From positions 310,001 to 374,000 of the forward strand of contig JBEWZL010000179.1 of NCBI GenBank assembly GCA_045837725.1: 64,000 bases of DNA. Direction: 5' to 3'. The notes beneath the pieces were generated by a model. That model searched no databases and was not told where the DNA came from. It was given only the letters and a program-made list of their open reading frames with translations. A program made the translations under genes and the position numbers. Within the stretch, counting starts at the first letter, position 1; each line of letters starts with the position of its first letter. The DNA is from Vermamoeba vermiformis. Taxonomy: Eukaryota. Shown one piece after another: positions 38,546 through 51,044 of the stretch.

Positions 38546-41500
38546 ATGATGAACGGAAATAAGCCGGGTATTCAGGACCCGCTTAGGAGCGGTGCGATAT
38601 TTGGCGCCAATCCGAAACATCTCCGATCGCCAGTACCGCTGCACCATCTTTCGATGAATAACAAAAATAACTCGGCACCAAATTCTACTGAAAAAGGAGG
38701 AAACAATGCGCCTGCAGGGTATGAATTTAATTTTCAAAAAATAATGAAGCTCTATTACGCCGCGCATATTTTGGCTAATATTAATGGCCGCGAGTGAATA
38801 TTTATTATAGCCAATTTTAATAACATTTTTTCAGATTAATTCGGCCTAAGGCAACAAAAGCTGGATTAGGATCCCTTTCTTTTTCGTCCAGAGAGCCGAC
38901 AACCCCACAAAACCCCGCTCAAGCACGTAATACACCTACTAATGCTACCGTGATATCGAAGCAACCAGCTGGAGCGTCAAGGAACGTTCAGCAAATAAAT
39001 CAAAACTTCGACGCTCTCGTGAGAGCGAGCCCACTGCCTCAAGTAAGATAATAGCACCAAAATATTATATTAATTATTAGAATATTTTTTAATGTTTTTT
39101 TATCGCTAAAGATCGTTAATACGCAACGAGTTTCAAAGGCGACAATGCAAGTCAGTCCTCCGAAAAATTCCTCAATTGATGATGATATTTCTATGGGCCC
39201 GCCATCGCAAGATTTATTTGACGATCGATTGACGCAAGAGCATTCGTTACGCGACGACATAGTGTTCGATGAGGACGAGATGGATCTGCGTCAAGAAGAC
39301 GAGGAGGACACGCAGCATGATTTAAATGCGATTCCAGAATACGATGACGATGAAGAGATGGACGACAGTGTTAATAACACCAATGTCTCGCAGCGCAGCA
39401 AATCACAGCAAAGCAGCCCGAGGAAACAACAGCCTAAAGTGTCCAAGGCTACGATGGAACAACACTCGTCTTCATCGCGCAAGAACACGCCGAACAAGAC
39501 TCCCGAGAAATCTTCTGAAAAAGATAACTCGAGCAAAAAACCTTCGCCGACGAGATCATCGCAAAACAACAATAATAATAACAATAACAATAACAACGGT
39601 CAGAAGAAGGATCAACGACGCGATAATTCACCTCCTAAGGAGAGAACACCGACGAGTGACAAGACTGAGAATGTCAAAGGTAATTATGATCGATACGCCT
39701 TTATTTCAAGAGTACTAATTGAGTCACAGAAATTCAATTGATAAATTGGTACATCAAACCGGTCGAGAAAACTAAAGGTGTACAAGTGGAGGGATTCAAA
39801 CCTGATAACAATCTGGACGAAGAGCCAATTGTTTGGCATTCATCGACTGTTGCAGAACGAGTAGACAAGACGCACGTGAAGACAAAAGGAGGCTCAGTTT
39901 ATCGATTGCTGTAAGCTCAATCTCGTCGAATTATTTAATTACATTGATACTAACACTAATCAACAGCCGTAAAATCAATGCCGAGGCAACGCGTGTCCAT
40001 TTCTCGGAGAGTTTTGTTCGTGCTTTTACAGACGGTTTCCCAGCGTAAGTGTACCTTAGCCCTTTGCGTACTAGCGGTCATTAACACTCGTGACTTGAAG
40101 TAATTGGAGAGAGCTCATTAAAGAGCACTTTGAGCAAAAGGAAGCTGAAGAAGCCGCGGCCGAGGCCGAAGCCGAGGAAGCCACAGAAATGGACATGGAG
40201 GACGATCAAATGGAAGAAGTCACTCCGCGCAAACAGACAGCGAGACCTAGACCGAGAACTGTTGAAATGTTGAAGAAGTCGAAGCGAGACGACGAATTCA
40301 GATTGGAGCATGATGAAGAGGACAGCGAGGGCTCAGTCTCAGATGAAGATCTGCGAGAACTGCAGGAGGAAATTATGGTCTCAACGCCGTCCAATGCTGT
40401 ATTCAAAAAGCCAACTTCCACTAGCACCAAAAAGGCTCGTCGAAGAACAAGTCAGCACGATGGCGACGATCGATTCAGCACGCCCAAACATCAGTCTCAC
40501 TCGCCAGCAACTCCGACCTCGGGTCCTGGTGTAGTTCCTCCGAGCGAATTCAAAGTGTCATCACGTGGCCGCCATATTGTTCCGCCTCTCGAATACTGGC
40601 GATTACAGGCTGCCCGTACCGATGCTTATGGCAACTTGGTAACAGTCACTTTGGTAAGTAACGTCGAAATCTTATGATTGTAGCGATCTAATATAATGCC
40701 ATTGTAGGGTTCGCGCAATGACACTGCGCTATCTTCGCCGATTGGCATTGAAGGAGCAAGCCCTAGCTTCTTACGAGACTTGTCCAAGTCAGTTCAAAAA
40801 GACTCTAAATCGGATAAAGACGAGGAAGAAGAGAGTCCTAGCGTCTTACGAGACTCTTCCAAATCTAGTCAAAAAGAGTCATCCAAGCCGTCTCAAAAAG
40901 AATCATCCAAGCCGGCTCAAAAAGATTCATCTAAGTCGAGCCAAAAAGACTCATCGAAGTCCAGTCAAAAGAAGCGAAAGCGTACTTCCAGTGAAACTGA
41001 CGATATTGAACCTCCCTTACGCAAGAAAGCTAAACAAGCCAAAGATGTCACGACAAAGGTCGATGAAGTCGCTGAAGAGGTCGAAGAAAAGTCAGACGAG
41101 GAAAAAGTTCCGGAAGAGGAGGAAGAGGCTCTTGAGATAGAAAAAGTTTCCCCTGAAGAGGAGGAGCAACCTGAAATGGAGCTGCCCTTCGTGGACGAGA
41201 TCAATGAAAGCATTGGCACTAATGCTAGTGTTGAGGAGAGCCCAAACAAGTACGAGACACCTGTCAAGGGTCGTTCAACAAAGAAAGGCTCGTCTAAGCA
41301 ATCGACTAAGAAGGCTGAAGAACAGACCGAAAAAGAAAAGCCAGAGGAAGAGGAGCTTGACGAAGAAGAGCTGGCTCGTCGCAAAGAAGAGCTTGCCGAA
41401 AAGAAACGCGAAGAAAAGCGATTGGCAAGTGCAAAGAAACGAGCGGAAGAGCGTGAAAAGAACGCAGCGAAAAAGGCAGCTGAACAGCTACGACGAGCTG

Positions 41501-44500
41501 AGCGCAAGAAACGTGAGCAAGAGCGAAAGGAGGCCGAAGAAAAGCAAAAGGCTGAAGCCGAGGCCAAGCGCCTTGAGGAAGAGAAGAAGGCCAAAAAGGC
41601 CGAGGAAGAGAAGCGCAAGGCTGAAGAGAAGGCCGAAGAAAAGCGTAAAGCTGAAGCTAAGAAAAAGGCTGAAGAGGAGAAGCGAAAGGCCAAAGAGAAA
41701 AAGGAAGCTGAAGAAAAGAAGAAGGCTGACGAAGCGAAGCGCAAGGAACAGGAGCGATTAGATGAAGAAAAGCGCAAGGCAGACGAAGAGAAGCGCAAGG
41801 AAGAAAAGAGAAAGGCCGAAGAAAAGAAGAAGGCCGTCGAAGAAGAGAAGCGCAAAGAACAAGAGCGAAAGAAAGCTGAAGAGGATAAGAAAAAGAAGGA
41901 AGAGGAGCGACGCAAAGAGCAAGAGCGAAAGAAAGCCGAAGAAAAGCGCAAGGCTGAAGAGGAGAAACAACGTGCTGAAGAAGCCGAGAAGCGCAAGAAA
42001 GAGCAAGAGAAAAAGAAAGCTGATGCGAAGAAGGCCGAAGACGCCAAGAAACAAGAGAAGAAAAAAGCTGAAGAGGAGAAAAAGAAGCGAGACGAATCTC
42101 CCAAGAAGAGCTCTGAGTCTCCTCGAAAGAGCACGGACACTTCCAGGAAGAGCCTTGACTCGTCAAGGAAGAGTGCAGAGTCTCCTCGAAAGAGCGCTGA
42201 GAAGAAGAAACCCGAGCCTTCTGAGGCCCACGATGAAGTAGCAGATCTGAAGCGCTTGACTGTTTTGCGAGAGAAGCAAGCAGGTGGCACGAAGCTAACT
42301 GAAGAGGAGAAGAAAGAGGCTAAGCGATTAGCGATGAGAATCAAGCGCGCTGAAGAGCGTCGCACGAGTCTCTCTCCCGAGAAATCACCACGCAAGAAAG
42401 TGGGTGCTGTTGATGAATCAGAAGGCGAGTCTGAATCACCTGTCAAATCTTCGCGTTCTCGCCGAATGTCAATCTCGTCCGACGAGGACCGACAGACTCG
42501 CTCCAAGTCTCGATCAAAATCTCGTCCTAAGAGCTCAGCTAGCAGATCCGCTAGCCCTCGTCGTGAAACTCGCTCTGCCACTCCCAAGAAGAGTGCCAAG
42601 AAAACTTCACCAAGTAGATCGCGTAGTCCTCCTGCCAAGAGAGAGACGCGCTCTTCAACTCCCAAGAAGACACCGCGTTCAGCCTCGCCAAGCAGGTCTC
42701 GCAGTCCTCCCACAAAGAGAGAAACTCGTTCTTCGACACCAAAGAAGAGCGCTAAACGATCAGCATCTCCGAGCCGATCTCAGAGCCCGCCTGTTCAACG
42801 TGGTCGCTCTACAACACCTAAGAAGGCTCCTGCTCGTAAAGGTGCTTCAGCAAGTCGATCACGTAGTCCACCCAGCCAACGCGAGGCTCGTTCGCAGACA
42901 CCAAAGAAAGGTGCAAAGCGGTCCGCCTCACCTAGTCCCGAGGCTAGCACTCCCTCGCCGAAGAAGGCCAGCTCACAGGCTTCGGGCAGTCAGTCGCCTT
43001 CCATTGATGCTATTATACCTCGTCTCAATGAGCTGAGGGAAAAGCATGCTCAGAAGAAGCTTTCTGAGGAAGAGAAGAGGGAGATGAAACGATTGACCAT
43101 GCGTGTTAAGCGAGCTGAGGACCGTCAAAAGATCAGTGAAAAACGAAAGTCAGAGCAAGAGCGACGATCGCGGTCATCCAGCCCTCGCAAAGATAGCAGC
43201 AAGAAGTCTGCTAAGTCTTCTGAACAGTCCAGATCACGCAGTCCGCCAGCGAAGCGAGAGACTAGATCAATGAGCCCTCAGAAACCATCTCCAGCCAAGT
43301 CTAAAGCTAAGTCAAGCGATTCAAAGACCAAGAACAGCAGGGCGCGTTCAGGTTCACAATCACAAGAGCGATCTCGCAGCAGATCACCGCGTCGCGATTC
43401 AAGGTCGCCCAAGAAGAACACTCGCCGCGAGTCTGCTTCACCGAGTAGGTCTCGCAGCCCTCCTGCACGTGGACGGGAACGACGCGAGACTCGCTCAATG
43501 AGCCCAACAAAGACTCCTGATAACAAGTCTCGGAACAATAACAACAAAAATACTAAGAAGAGTTCCAGCAAGAAATCAGGAACTAAGAAGACGACACCCG
43601 AGAAGCCCACCGACGTGTTTACAGATGAGATTGAAAGTGATGTGATCATGGAAGAGAGCAGTCTCAGCGAGCCAAGCAGTCCCGCCAAGGAGAAAGAGAC
43701 CGACTCGCGAAGGACGTTCAACATTGAATTGAACTTGGAGAGCACTGAAGGTCAGGAGAAAGAGAGCGAGAATGACGAGGAAGAGGACGTTTGGACGCCC
43801 AGTGTAAGTTATTTATTGTCAGAGTTATTAGGCCGTATATAATAACGGTTGTTTCTCGGCAACAGCAAATCAAGGCTTTGCAGACTGCCCACCGCAAAGT
43901 AGACCCGAACACACCTTTGTTCTGGAAAGAAGTCGCCAAGTTGGTCAAGGGCAAGAACGCCGCTCAGTGCCGCAAAAAGTTTGAAGATCGGTACAAGACG
44001 CCTTCGTCTAAGACCAAGAAGACGAAGAAAGTGACCAAAGAGTTGTCACCCATCAACTTGGGTGCGAACAAGAAGACTGCCAAGTTCAAGCAAAAGGTCC
44101 GTCAGTTTGTGCAACGAGTAAGTAACGCGAACATGTGTAACATTAGTGCTGTGTTGACACGAGGTTCTGCAGGCTGCCGAGGCCGACGACAGTCACAAGG
44201 ACGCGTTCGAATCAACGCCGTTCAAGAACCGTTACGGCAACATCAACAGTGTGGATCTGAGCGGTGATGCCGAGATGACTGAGAACAACACAAATGTCAA
44301 CAACGTGTCAGCTGAGGATGAAATGGCCGTCGAGCACAGTGAAGCCAACGCCGCTGAGAGCCAAGCTGAGGCCATGGAGACAGAGCCAACCACTGGTGCT
44401 GTCAGCGCCAACAACACCAATGTGAATAATACCAACGAAGTGCCTTTGTCACAATCTCAAGCGCGAGATTTGATCGATGATGCGATCGAGAACATTGACA

Positions 44501-44957
44501 CGAACACCCTCGGAGTTGACAAGACATTTGTCTTGGACAATTTACTCTCTTTTGGTGTAAGCGTTTGCCACCACCTATTCCTTAGCGGGAGCTAATATTT
44601 AATACTATAGGATGATAACGACGATATTCTGATGAAGCCAGCTGATCGCAACAACTTGGATCCGTACATCAACCGCGTGTCAAAATCTATGCGTGGTGTA
44701 CGCTCGTTAGATAGCGAGGTATTACAACAATAACATAATTTAAGGCACAATAACTGACCTGGGTTCAAAAATAGGAGACAAACAAGTCGAAGAAAAAATC
44801 TTCGAGCAAAAAGAGCAAGTCAAAGACAGTCAACGAGGCTAGTCAATTGTTGCAAGAGATGGAGTCAGATCGCAATCGACGACGAGAAAAAGAAGATGAT
44901 CGCGAGGCTGGTGAATCAGAAGACGACTATTTTAGTGAGGATAATGAGGACAATTAA
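38546..44957 (+). CDS. MIS18BP1: KNL2 / Mis18-binding protein 1 (CENP-A loading factor): SANTA, CENPC-k motif, long charged/SR insert, SANT/Myb
   Basis: Spliced SANTA LINWYIK...VEG...WHSSTVAERV...KTKGGSVYRL...F..AFTDGFP.NW (about 39730-40130). CENP-C-type motif SSRGRHIVPPLEYW (about 40558-40600). SANT WTP.QIKALQ..HRKVDPNTPLFWKEVAKLVKGKNAAQCRKKF (about 43790-43985). TAKFKQKVRQF and DAFESTP resemble the M18BP1 C-terminus. Confidence 0.85.
39565..39597 (+). repeat. AAC/AAT microsatellite encoding poly-Asn inside the KNL2 CDS
   Basis: aacaacaataataataacaataacaataacaac encodes 11 Asn. Confidence 0.8.
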
Positions 44958-45104
44958 AAAATTTAAATTTGTAATACAAAATTTTAGTATTAACCTGTCT
45001 TATTGTAAAATAAATCAAATATACCGATAATGTATTAATTTATTACTAAGAGTGGAATTAGATCGAAAACGAATTGACTTTTAGAGACTTGGATGCAGAC
45101 CGAG

Positions 45105-45857
45105 TTAATTCGAGTCAGGCTTCGGTGCGTTCAGCGATCTGCCAGCAGCTACTTCTTCGTTGTACCATGTTAACATTGATTCATATTCTTGATTGTAATT
45201 CTCTCGGAGCCATTTCCAATTTTGTTTCGGCAACTCTTTGTCATTGCTAGAATTCTTTTCGCTGAACTGTTTCAACTGTTGCTCGACAACGTTCCAAACT
45301 GCGTCAGGCAATGGTCTATCGGAGGCACCGCCGAAATTCATTTCTGACGGAACAATAGCCCAATGGTACAATGTGCGACCTTGCTGATCCACGACAATCA
45401 GGGCAGGTTGAGCCAGGCCGTTAGGGTACCACGAAGGATGGTCCTTAAAGTAGGTGTCTTTCTTGGGTGTAATGTTAACTTTCAAATACTTTGCTAACTC
45501 GTTTGTCGTGTCGACGACGGTCTGAAAACTACATCCAAGATCAACAACTGCAATCAAGTTGATTCTAGATTGTACTTACTCTAAGTTCCATTCTTGAGTA
45601 GCGGCTTTACCATCGACTAATTCTTGAGCAGTTACAGCGAACAATTCACCGCCCACTGCTCGGATCTTCTTGACGAAACTTTTGTTGAGTTCCTTTAAGT
45701 ATCCTAACGATCTTGTTAGAAAACGATCTTATACTTCTATATATGTATATTTACCGCTGCACCAAGGGCACCAAAGTCCACGATAAAAGACGATAGCGGT
45801 GAGTGGACGCTTGGTGATCTCGGATTTGAACCACTCGATTGGATTAGATTGTTGCAT
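45105..45857 (-). CDS. AhpC/TSA (peroxiredoxin-like, thioredoxin-fold) protein with CxxC
   Basis: Three exons give IVFYRGLWCPWCSGYLKEL...GGELFAVTAQ...FQTVVDTTNELAK...QPALIVVDQQG. Confidence 0.85.
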
Positions 45858-46294
45858 AATGTTGTTGATTGTGTTGCGATGTTGATTGCTTGTTGTTAAT
45901 GATTAAATGACCGATATTTTTACGATTTTATTGGTGCGAGCAGAATCTTCTGAATGTACCGGAGCGGGACCGACGGTCGGTGAATTTCCTATTTTGGTAA
46001 CTGGACCGATCTTGGTCCATCTTCATCTAATCATTCTGCTTCGCACATTAAACTGATGTTTTAATATCGCAGTATCGTAAAATATGAACAAGTTGATGTG
46101 CGATTTTCGTATTTAATGCCGAAGAATTATTGTTCGGTTGATGATCAAACTTTCTTATTAGCTTACTTTCCTTTACTAGTTAAAACTACGTACTATTTAT
46201 TTATATAACAAAAAAAGACCTTTTTTACAAAATGATAAGCGCGGTGCGATCTCGCCCTCGAACTTCTGACCAAGTAGTCCGACTTCACATCACG

Positions 46295-49119
46295 CTAACT
46301 CAAAAACGCGGGCTCTATACAATTTTGGGTTTCTACAGAACCAATTAGCAATTGAGAACAATGAAAGCGTTAATGAGTACCTTTCCCAAAGACTGCTCGG
46401 CTCCTTCATCATCGCGCTGAGAGAACGTGCGTGCCAAAGAAAAAGGCTGGGCATCGACAACTCTGAATGCGGGATTTACCTCCGAGAGTTCATATTGAGC
46501 AGTTATGTGCGGCAAAAATTGCTCGAGGAACTCTTGAACGGCTTCTGGCGTGGTCAAGGTACTGACCCATTCTGGGAACAGTTTGTGCATCATCGTCACC
46601 ACGTTCGATGTGGTTTGTCCGCCTAGTAGTAGAGGTTAACAAAGTTGACTGGAAAAATTGAAAGAAAATATTTACCTGCGTAAGGAGCGCTTTGAAAGTG
46701 TTCAAACTGCGTGATAACTGGTTGTAAATGACTTCGTTAGTGTTCGTTCAAGCAATAACGCAATCGACTTACCCTTTGTAGCCTCCTTATCCAAACTAGC
46801 GTCACACTGTGCGATGTAGTTGTAGTGCTCTTTGCCGAGCAAGCAGTGCAGGCCTGCTTTGCGCAAGACGATAACTTCGACGTTCTCGGGAATTCGGCCG
46901 TCAAAGTTGGAGTCTAGGCGGTAGCAGTCGAGTTTCTTCACTTGAGGCAAGAGCTCGGGCTTTGTCTCGACAATGTGTTTCTTGAGTTTGCTGTGGTTCA
47001 TCGCCGCAAAGACGAACGTCAACTTGAACTCGCCGCTGAACTTCAGGATACCCCATCTTATGGTCTGCATTAACGGGCACTTGTTTAACTCGTTCAGCAA
47101 AGATTGATATGACGGGTTTTGGACACCTGACATCAGTTGTGCGCACAGCACGTGATCTTTGTCAATTACCACCATGAAGTCGGGGCTGTTTGAAGCGGTG
47201 CCTGGTTTTAATACACGGTTGTAGAGCAAGGTAGAGCTCAGCAGGTCTTGCATAACGGCGGGCCAATCAGAGCGGCCAATTGTGGGCATGTCAAATAACT
47301 CTTTCGAGTCCTGATACCTCGCCTTCCATCCAGAGACCTTTGGGAAGTTTTTTTGGCCTCTAATTTTGTGTTGCAAGTCGCGGACAAACGAGTCAGCCAA
47401 GAACGAGAACCTTTGTCCAAAAGTCATCTGTGGCGCACCTTGAAGGCAGATCATGTTGCGGCAGGCCACAAGCTCCATCGTCACCCACGCAAGTTGTTCG
47501 TTCGGTACGAGGCACTTGTAGGTTGGATTGTCGGCAATGTAGCGCTCGGCCAGCAACTTGGGCACAACCACATAAAGTGGACTATTCGGAGCCTGTTCCT
47601 GCAAACTGGGGGCTGATTGCACCGCTTGCGGTCCAGGAGGTAGTTCGGTAGCTGTCAAGGACTGCGGAGAGGTGGGCGCAGACTTATGTTCTTGCTGAGA
47701 TCCTGCTTTTTGAGATCCTGTTGAGGACTTATCCTCCACCGACTCGGCTTGCTGAGATCCTGGTTGTTGAGATCCTGGCGAGAACTTATCCTCCCAGCTC
47801 CTATCCACCGACTCGCCAGTATCGTCTGAGCAAACAGCCGCTGTTTGATTTGGCGCCAGCAAAAAGCAGCATGCCTGGGCAATCATGCCGTACTTCACTT
47901 TTCCGAATGTCCAGTTGTCCGGGATTGGCTGTTGGCGGAGGCTATGAACATAAAGCCGGAAAAATAGGGCTTGATAATCCTCGTTCGAGATCACTGCAGG
48001 TTCATGCAGATACTTCATCCAGGGCACATCTGGACAGGTTAGTTTGTTGTTCTGCCAAATCTCAAAAGCCGTTATTGGAATTCCTCCGCTGTCGGACAGT
48101 GCAATGTCAATAAAGCCTGCGGGAATTTCAGGAAACCTACAAAAAAATAAAATGAAAATTTTAGATCCAAGTTCAAACCGGAGATTGCGTACTTACCGCC
48201 GGATTATGTCGAATTTTGTAACAACAAAGTTTAGTACTTCCATTCTTGACAATAGATCTGTTTCAGAGAACCGTAGCATCATCTCTATGTCGCCGTAGAG
48301 CAGTACAGTCCTCGACTTTGCGGCAACAGATCGTACTCGTTGGAGCAGTTCGGCCAGCTGGACGTTAGAAGGGCAGTCTATGACAATGAAAAGATCTTCA
48401 GAGGCCAGGTCATCGGGGAGCACATCAGGCAGCGCATCGGCTCGTTTGACGCCAAGGTAAGTCTTTTTCTTGATCAGCGAGCCGAAGTAATCAAACCAGC
48501 TGTTGGGCAAGAAGCCTCGCTGGAAATTAGCGAATATTTGCAGCTCTTCGTCGGCTTCATCGATTTTTTGGGCGAGCGCCGCAGTATGGTCTCCAAGAGA
48601 CCTCAAAATATTCAAAACTTTCTGATCTAGATCCAAGACTGGCACGGCATCTAAAATAGGTTAATCGATACATTAACATAGTCATGTGATCGGTCCATAC
48701 CATTAATGCTTTTTGGCTCAGGCAAGTTGAAGCGAACTTTTCTTTTTTTCTTGGAAGTGGGAGTAGCCACCTGCTGATCGGAAATGTTGCTTAGAGAAGT
48801 ATTTTTCAAGCAAGATCTGTTTCGTTAAATTCTTTAAAATTCGGTGGCTTCGATTGTATCCTTACTTGGTCGGTAATTTAGAGTTTTGTTGCTAATTAAA
48901 TGAAGTGAGTGATAATTATAAGATGGTTCCATTAATAATGATAGTAAAAAAGAATCAAAAAGCTTAATAAATAAAAATCGAAAATAAGTGGTGCAAACGT
49001 AGCGAATTGCTATGTTTGTTAATAGCGATTGTAATTATTGAATTATTGAGAAGAATATTATATTTATTCGTATTTTTTGGTACCTGTGATGCCTCTAGCA
49101 AATTTGGATCCAAATCCAT
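46295..49119 (-). CDS. Uncharacterised protein with N-terminal NLS/RVxF-like motif and a possible degenerate PD-(D/E)xK-like segment
   Basis: In-frame splice path from MDLDPNLLEASQ through KSCLK..KKKRKVRF and ORFs 48193-48645, 46702-48027 and 46345-46602 to a TAG at 46295. The family was not recognised. Confidence 0.6.
47665..47820 (-). repeat. Short degenerate coding tandem duplication (ESV/EDK..GSQQ..GSQQ)
   Basis: Peptide EDKFSPGSQQPGSQQAESVEDKSSTGSQKAGSQQEHK. The DNA repeats tgagatcctg four times and acttatcctc twice. Confidence 0.65.
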
Positions 49120-49281
49120 CAACAGGGATCCCTGGTGGTAATTAGTTTCGAGAATTATGAATCTACGGTCATCACAAGTGAACAAAAAACGAGCAGTGGT
49201 GTTGCGTAGCGCAAAAAAAAAAGAATTATTTTATGTCTAAACAAATAAATCAATACTTGCTGTCCACCAAGTAGTAACCGT

Positions 49282-50809
49282 TCAGGCGTTCTTAGCGAGC
49301 GCGAGAAGCAAGTTGAACATCAATGTCTCTCGATACTTGGTCTCCAAGTTGTTGATGATCTTCTCCATATCAATCTTCAACTCGCGGACGAGCTCTTTCA
49401 ACAGCTCCATGCGTGGCACCATGTTCGAGTTCTGTGCACTTTTGACTCTTTGGAGACAGTCGTACAACACAGCTACGAATTTAAAGATAGTGATCTTGAA
49501 GGAAGGATGACGAACGATGAGCATAGCGATGTCAAAGCTATTGAATTCGATGGCCTTTCGAAGAGCTTTGTACCCATTTGCAGCCAGATCCACGGACGAG
49601 GACACGTGCAAAATTTGTTTTACAGCGTCGGCATCACCAGCGTTGATGCAAGCGAGCAATAGCTGGTTGTGGTCGTAGGTTTCAGGAGATTTAAGCACCG
49701 TTTCGAGTTCGATCTCGGACCATTCTCCCTGTAAGGTGCTATGTTAGCGATGATAGTTACTAGAACAGTAGCATTATTTACCATTAACACTGCGCGCACG
49801 TTATGACCCTTGAGGGTGAGATTAGCGCACAATGTGTCCAGCATCTCATGACGCAGGTGTCTCTTCAAGAACAAGAGCAACTTTCGAAGCTCAACGTCAG
49901 TCACGAGTGAGATGTCGGTGTGGTCCAGTAACACGCGCACAACGTCCACAGGCTGCTTTTCAGACTTCACGACACTAAGGAAGGTGTCTACGAGGTAGAG
50001 ATGCTCGACGCGGACTTTGACGGGAAGCAGCAACCATTCGACTACCGGTGCATGTCCGGATAGGCACGCAGCACGGAATAACTCCCACTGGTCGTCAGAG
50101 AGATCGAAATGATATGTCTTGGCAAGCATATCGATGATAGTTATATAACCGTGGGTAGTAGCCAGTTTGATCGCTTGGCCAATGTGCGCAACATCGGGGT
50201 CGAGGTGATTGCGAGCCAAGATTTCTTCGACAATGCCATCAAAACCACATTGAGCAGCAGTCACCAATGCTGCGTTAATTTGTTCTTGATAGTTTTTGGC
50301 GAAGTAAGGGAGTCTTGAGAGCTGCAACAGAGCCTTCAAAATGTCTCGATTGTTTCGTTCGACAGCCAAAGTGACGGATCTGCTCGGCTCAGTTTGACGC
50401 ACCATGTCCATGTGATGAGCGAGGATGTGCAGAGCAGCGTCGGTCTGGTCCAGCACAATGGCGTAGTCGAGGATGTTATACTGAGATCCCGTGGCAACGA
50501 TCCCGAGCAACAAGTCCTTGGCAAAGTCATCTCGCTGTACGAGATACGTGATCATGGGCAGTTGGTTCGAGGCAATGGCTTCGCGCACGAGATTTCTCTT
50601 GACGAATGGTGTGACACGTGTCAAAAGTTTTTCTACGACGGCGATGTTGCCTAACTTGACGTGACTGATGAGCGCTTCATCAAGGTTGCTGTTGCGTAGA
50701 TCAGCAAGCATTGCTTCAACGTTGAGCTCGGTGACGGAATGAACCTACAGAAAAATTTAGATAAATTTCAGGATCTTTAACCAAGACGTACTTGATCTGA
50801 TGTGTTCAT
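49282..50809 (-). CDS. Ankyrin-repeat protein (3 exons)
   Basis: Ankyrin-like units ALVTAAQCGFDGIVEEIL, AIKLATTHGYITIIDML, LFRAACLSGHAPVVEWLL and ALRKAIEFNSFDIAMLIV. An intron at about 49730-49780 joins the two ORFs. Confidence 0.85.
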
Positions 50810-51044
50810 GCTTGTAGAGTGTTGATACTTGTTGAAGTTTGATGCTATTACTTGATTATTTATGTCCTTATTCCTGCGGTCCGAGGAACATTAGCCGAAT
50901 TCATTCTTGTACTTGCACTAACAGCGGATGTGAACGTTAAAATGTTCTTTAACATGTTCTTCAGTAAAAAGATGGGAATACGAAAGATTCGATCTTCGCA
51001 TCTTTATACCGTGATTTTAATGATCGCCGCCCAAATCATCTTCT

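Noticed and set aside
40965-42713. 582-aa antisense ORF and other long shadow ORFs over KNL2
   Set aside because: These are the reverse complement of GAA/AAG-rich low-complexity coding sequence. The S/F/L-rich product has no domain.
46345-46772. Separate small gene downstream of the 441-aa ORF
   Set aside because: Two canonical introns splice it in frame onto the upstream ORF, so it is the same gene.
49620-49780. Apparent frameshift between the two ankyrin ORFs
   Set aside because: A GT-AG intron (gtaaat...ttacag) joins them in frame.
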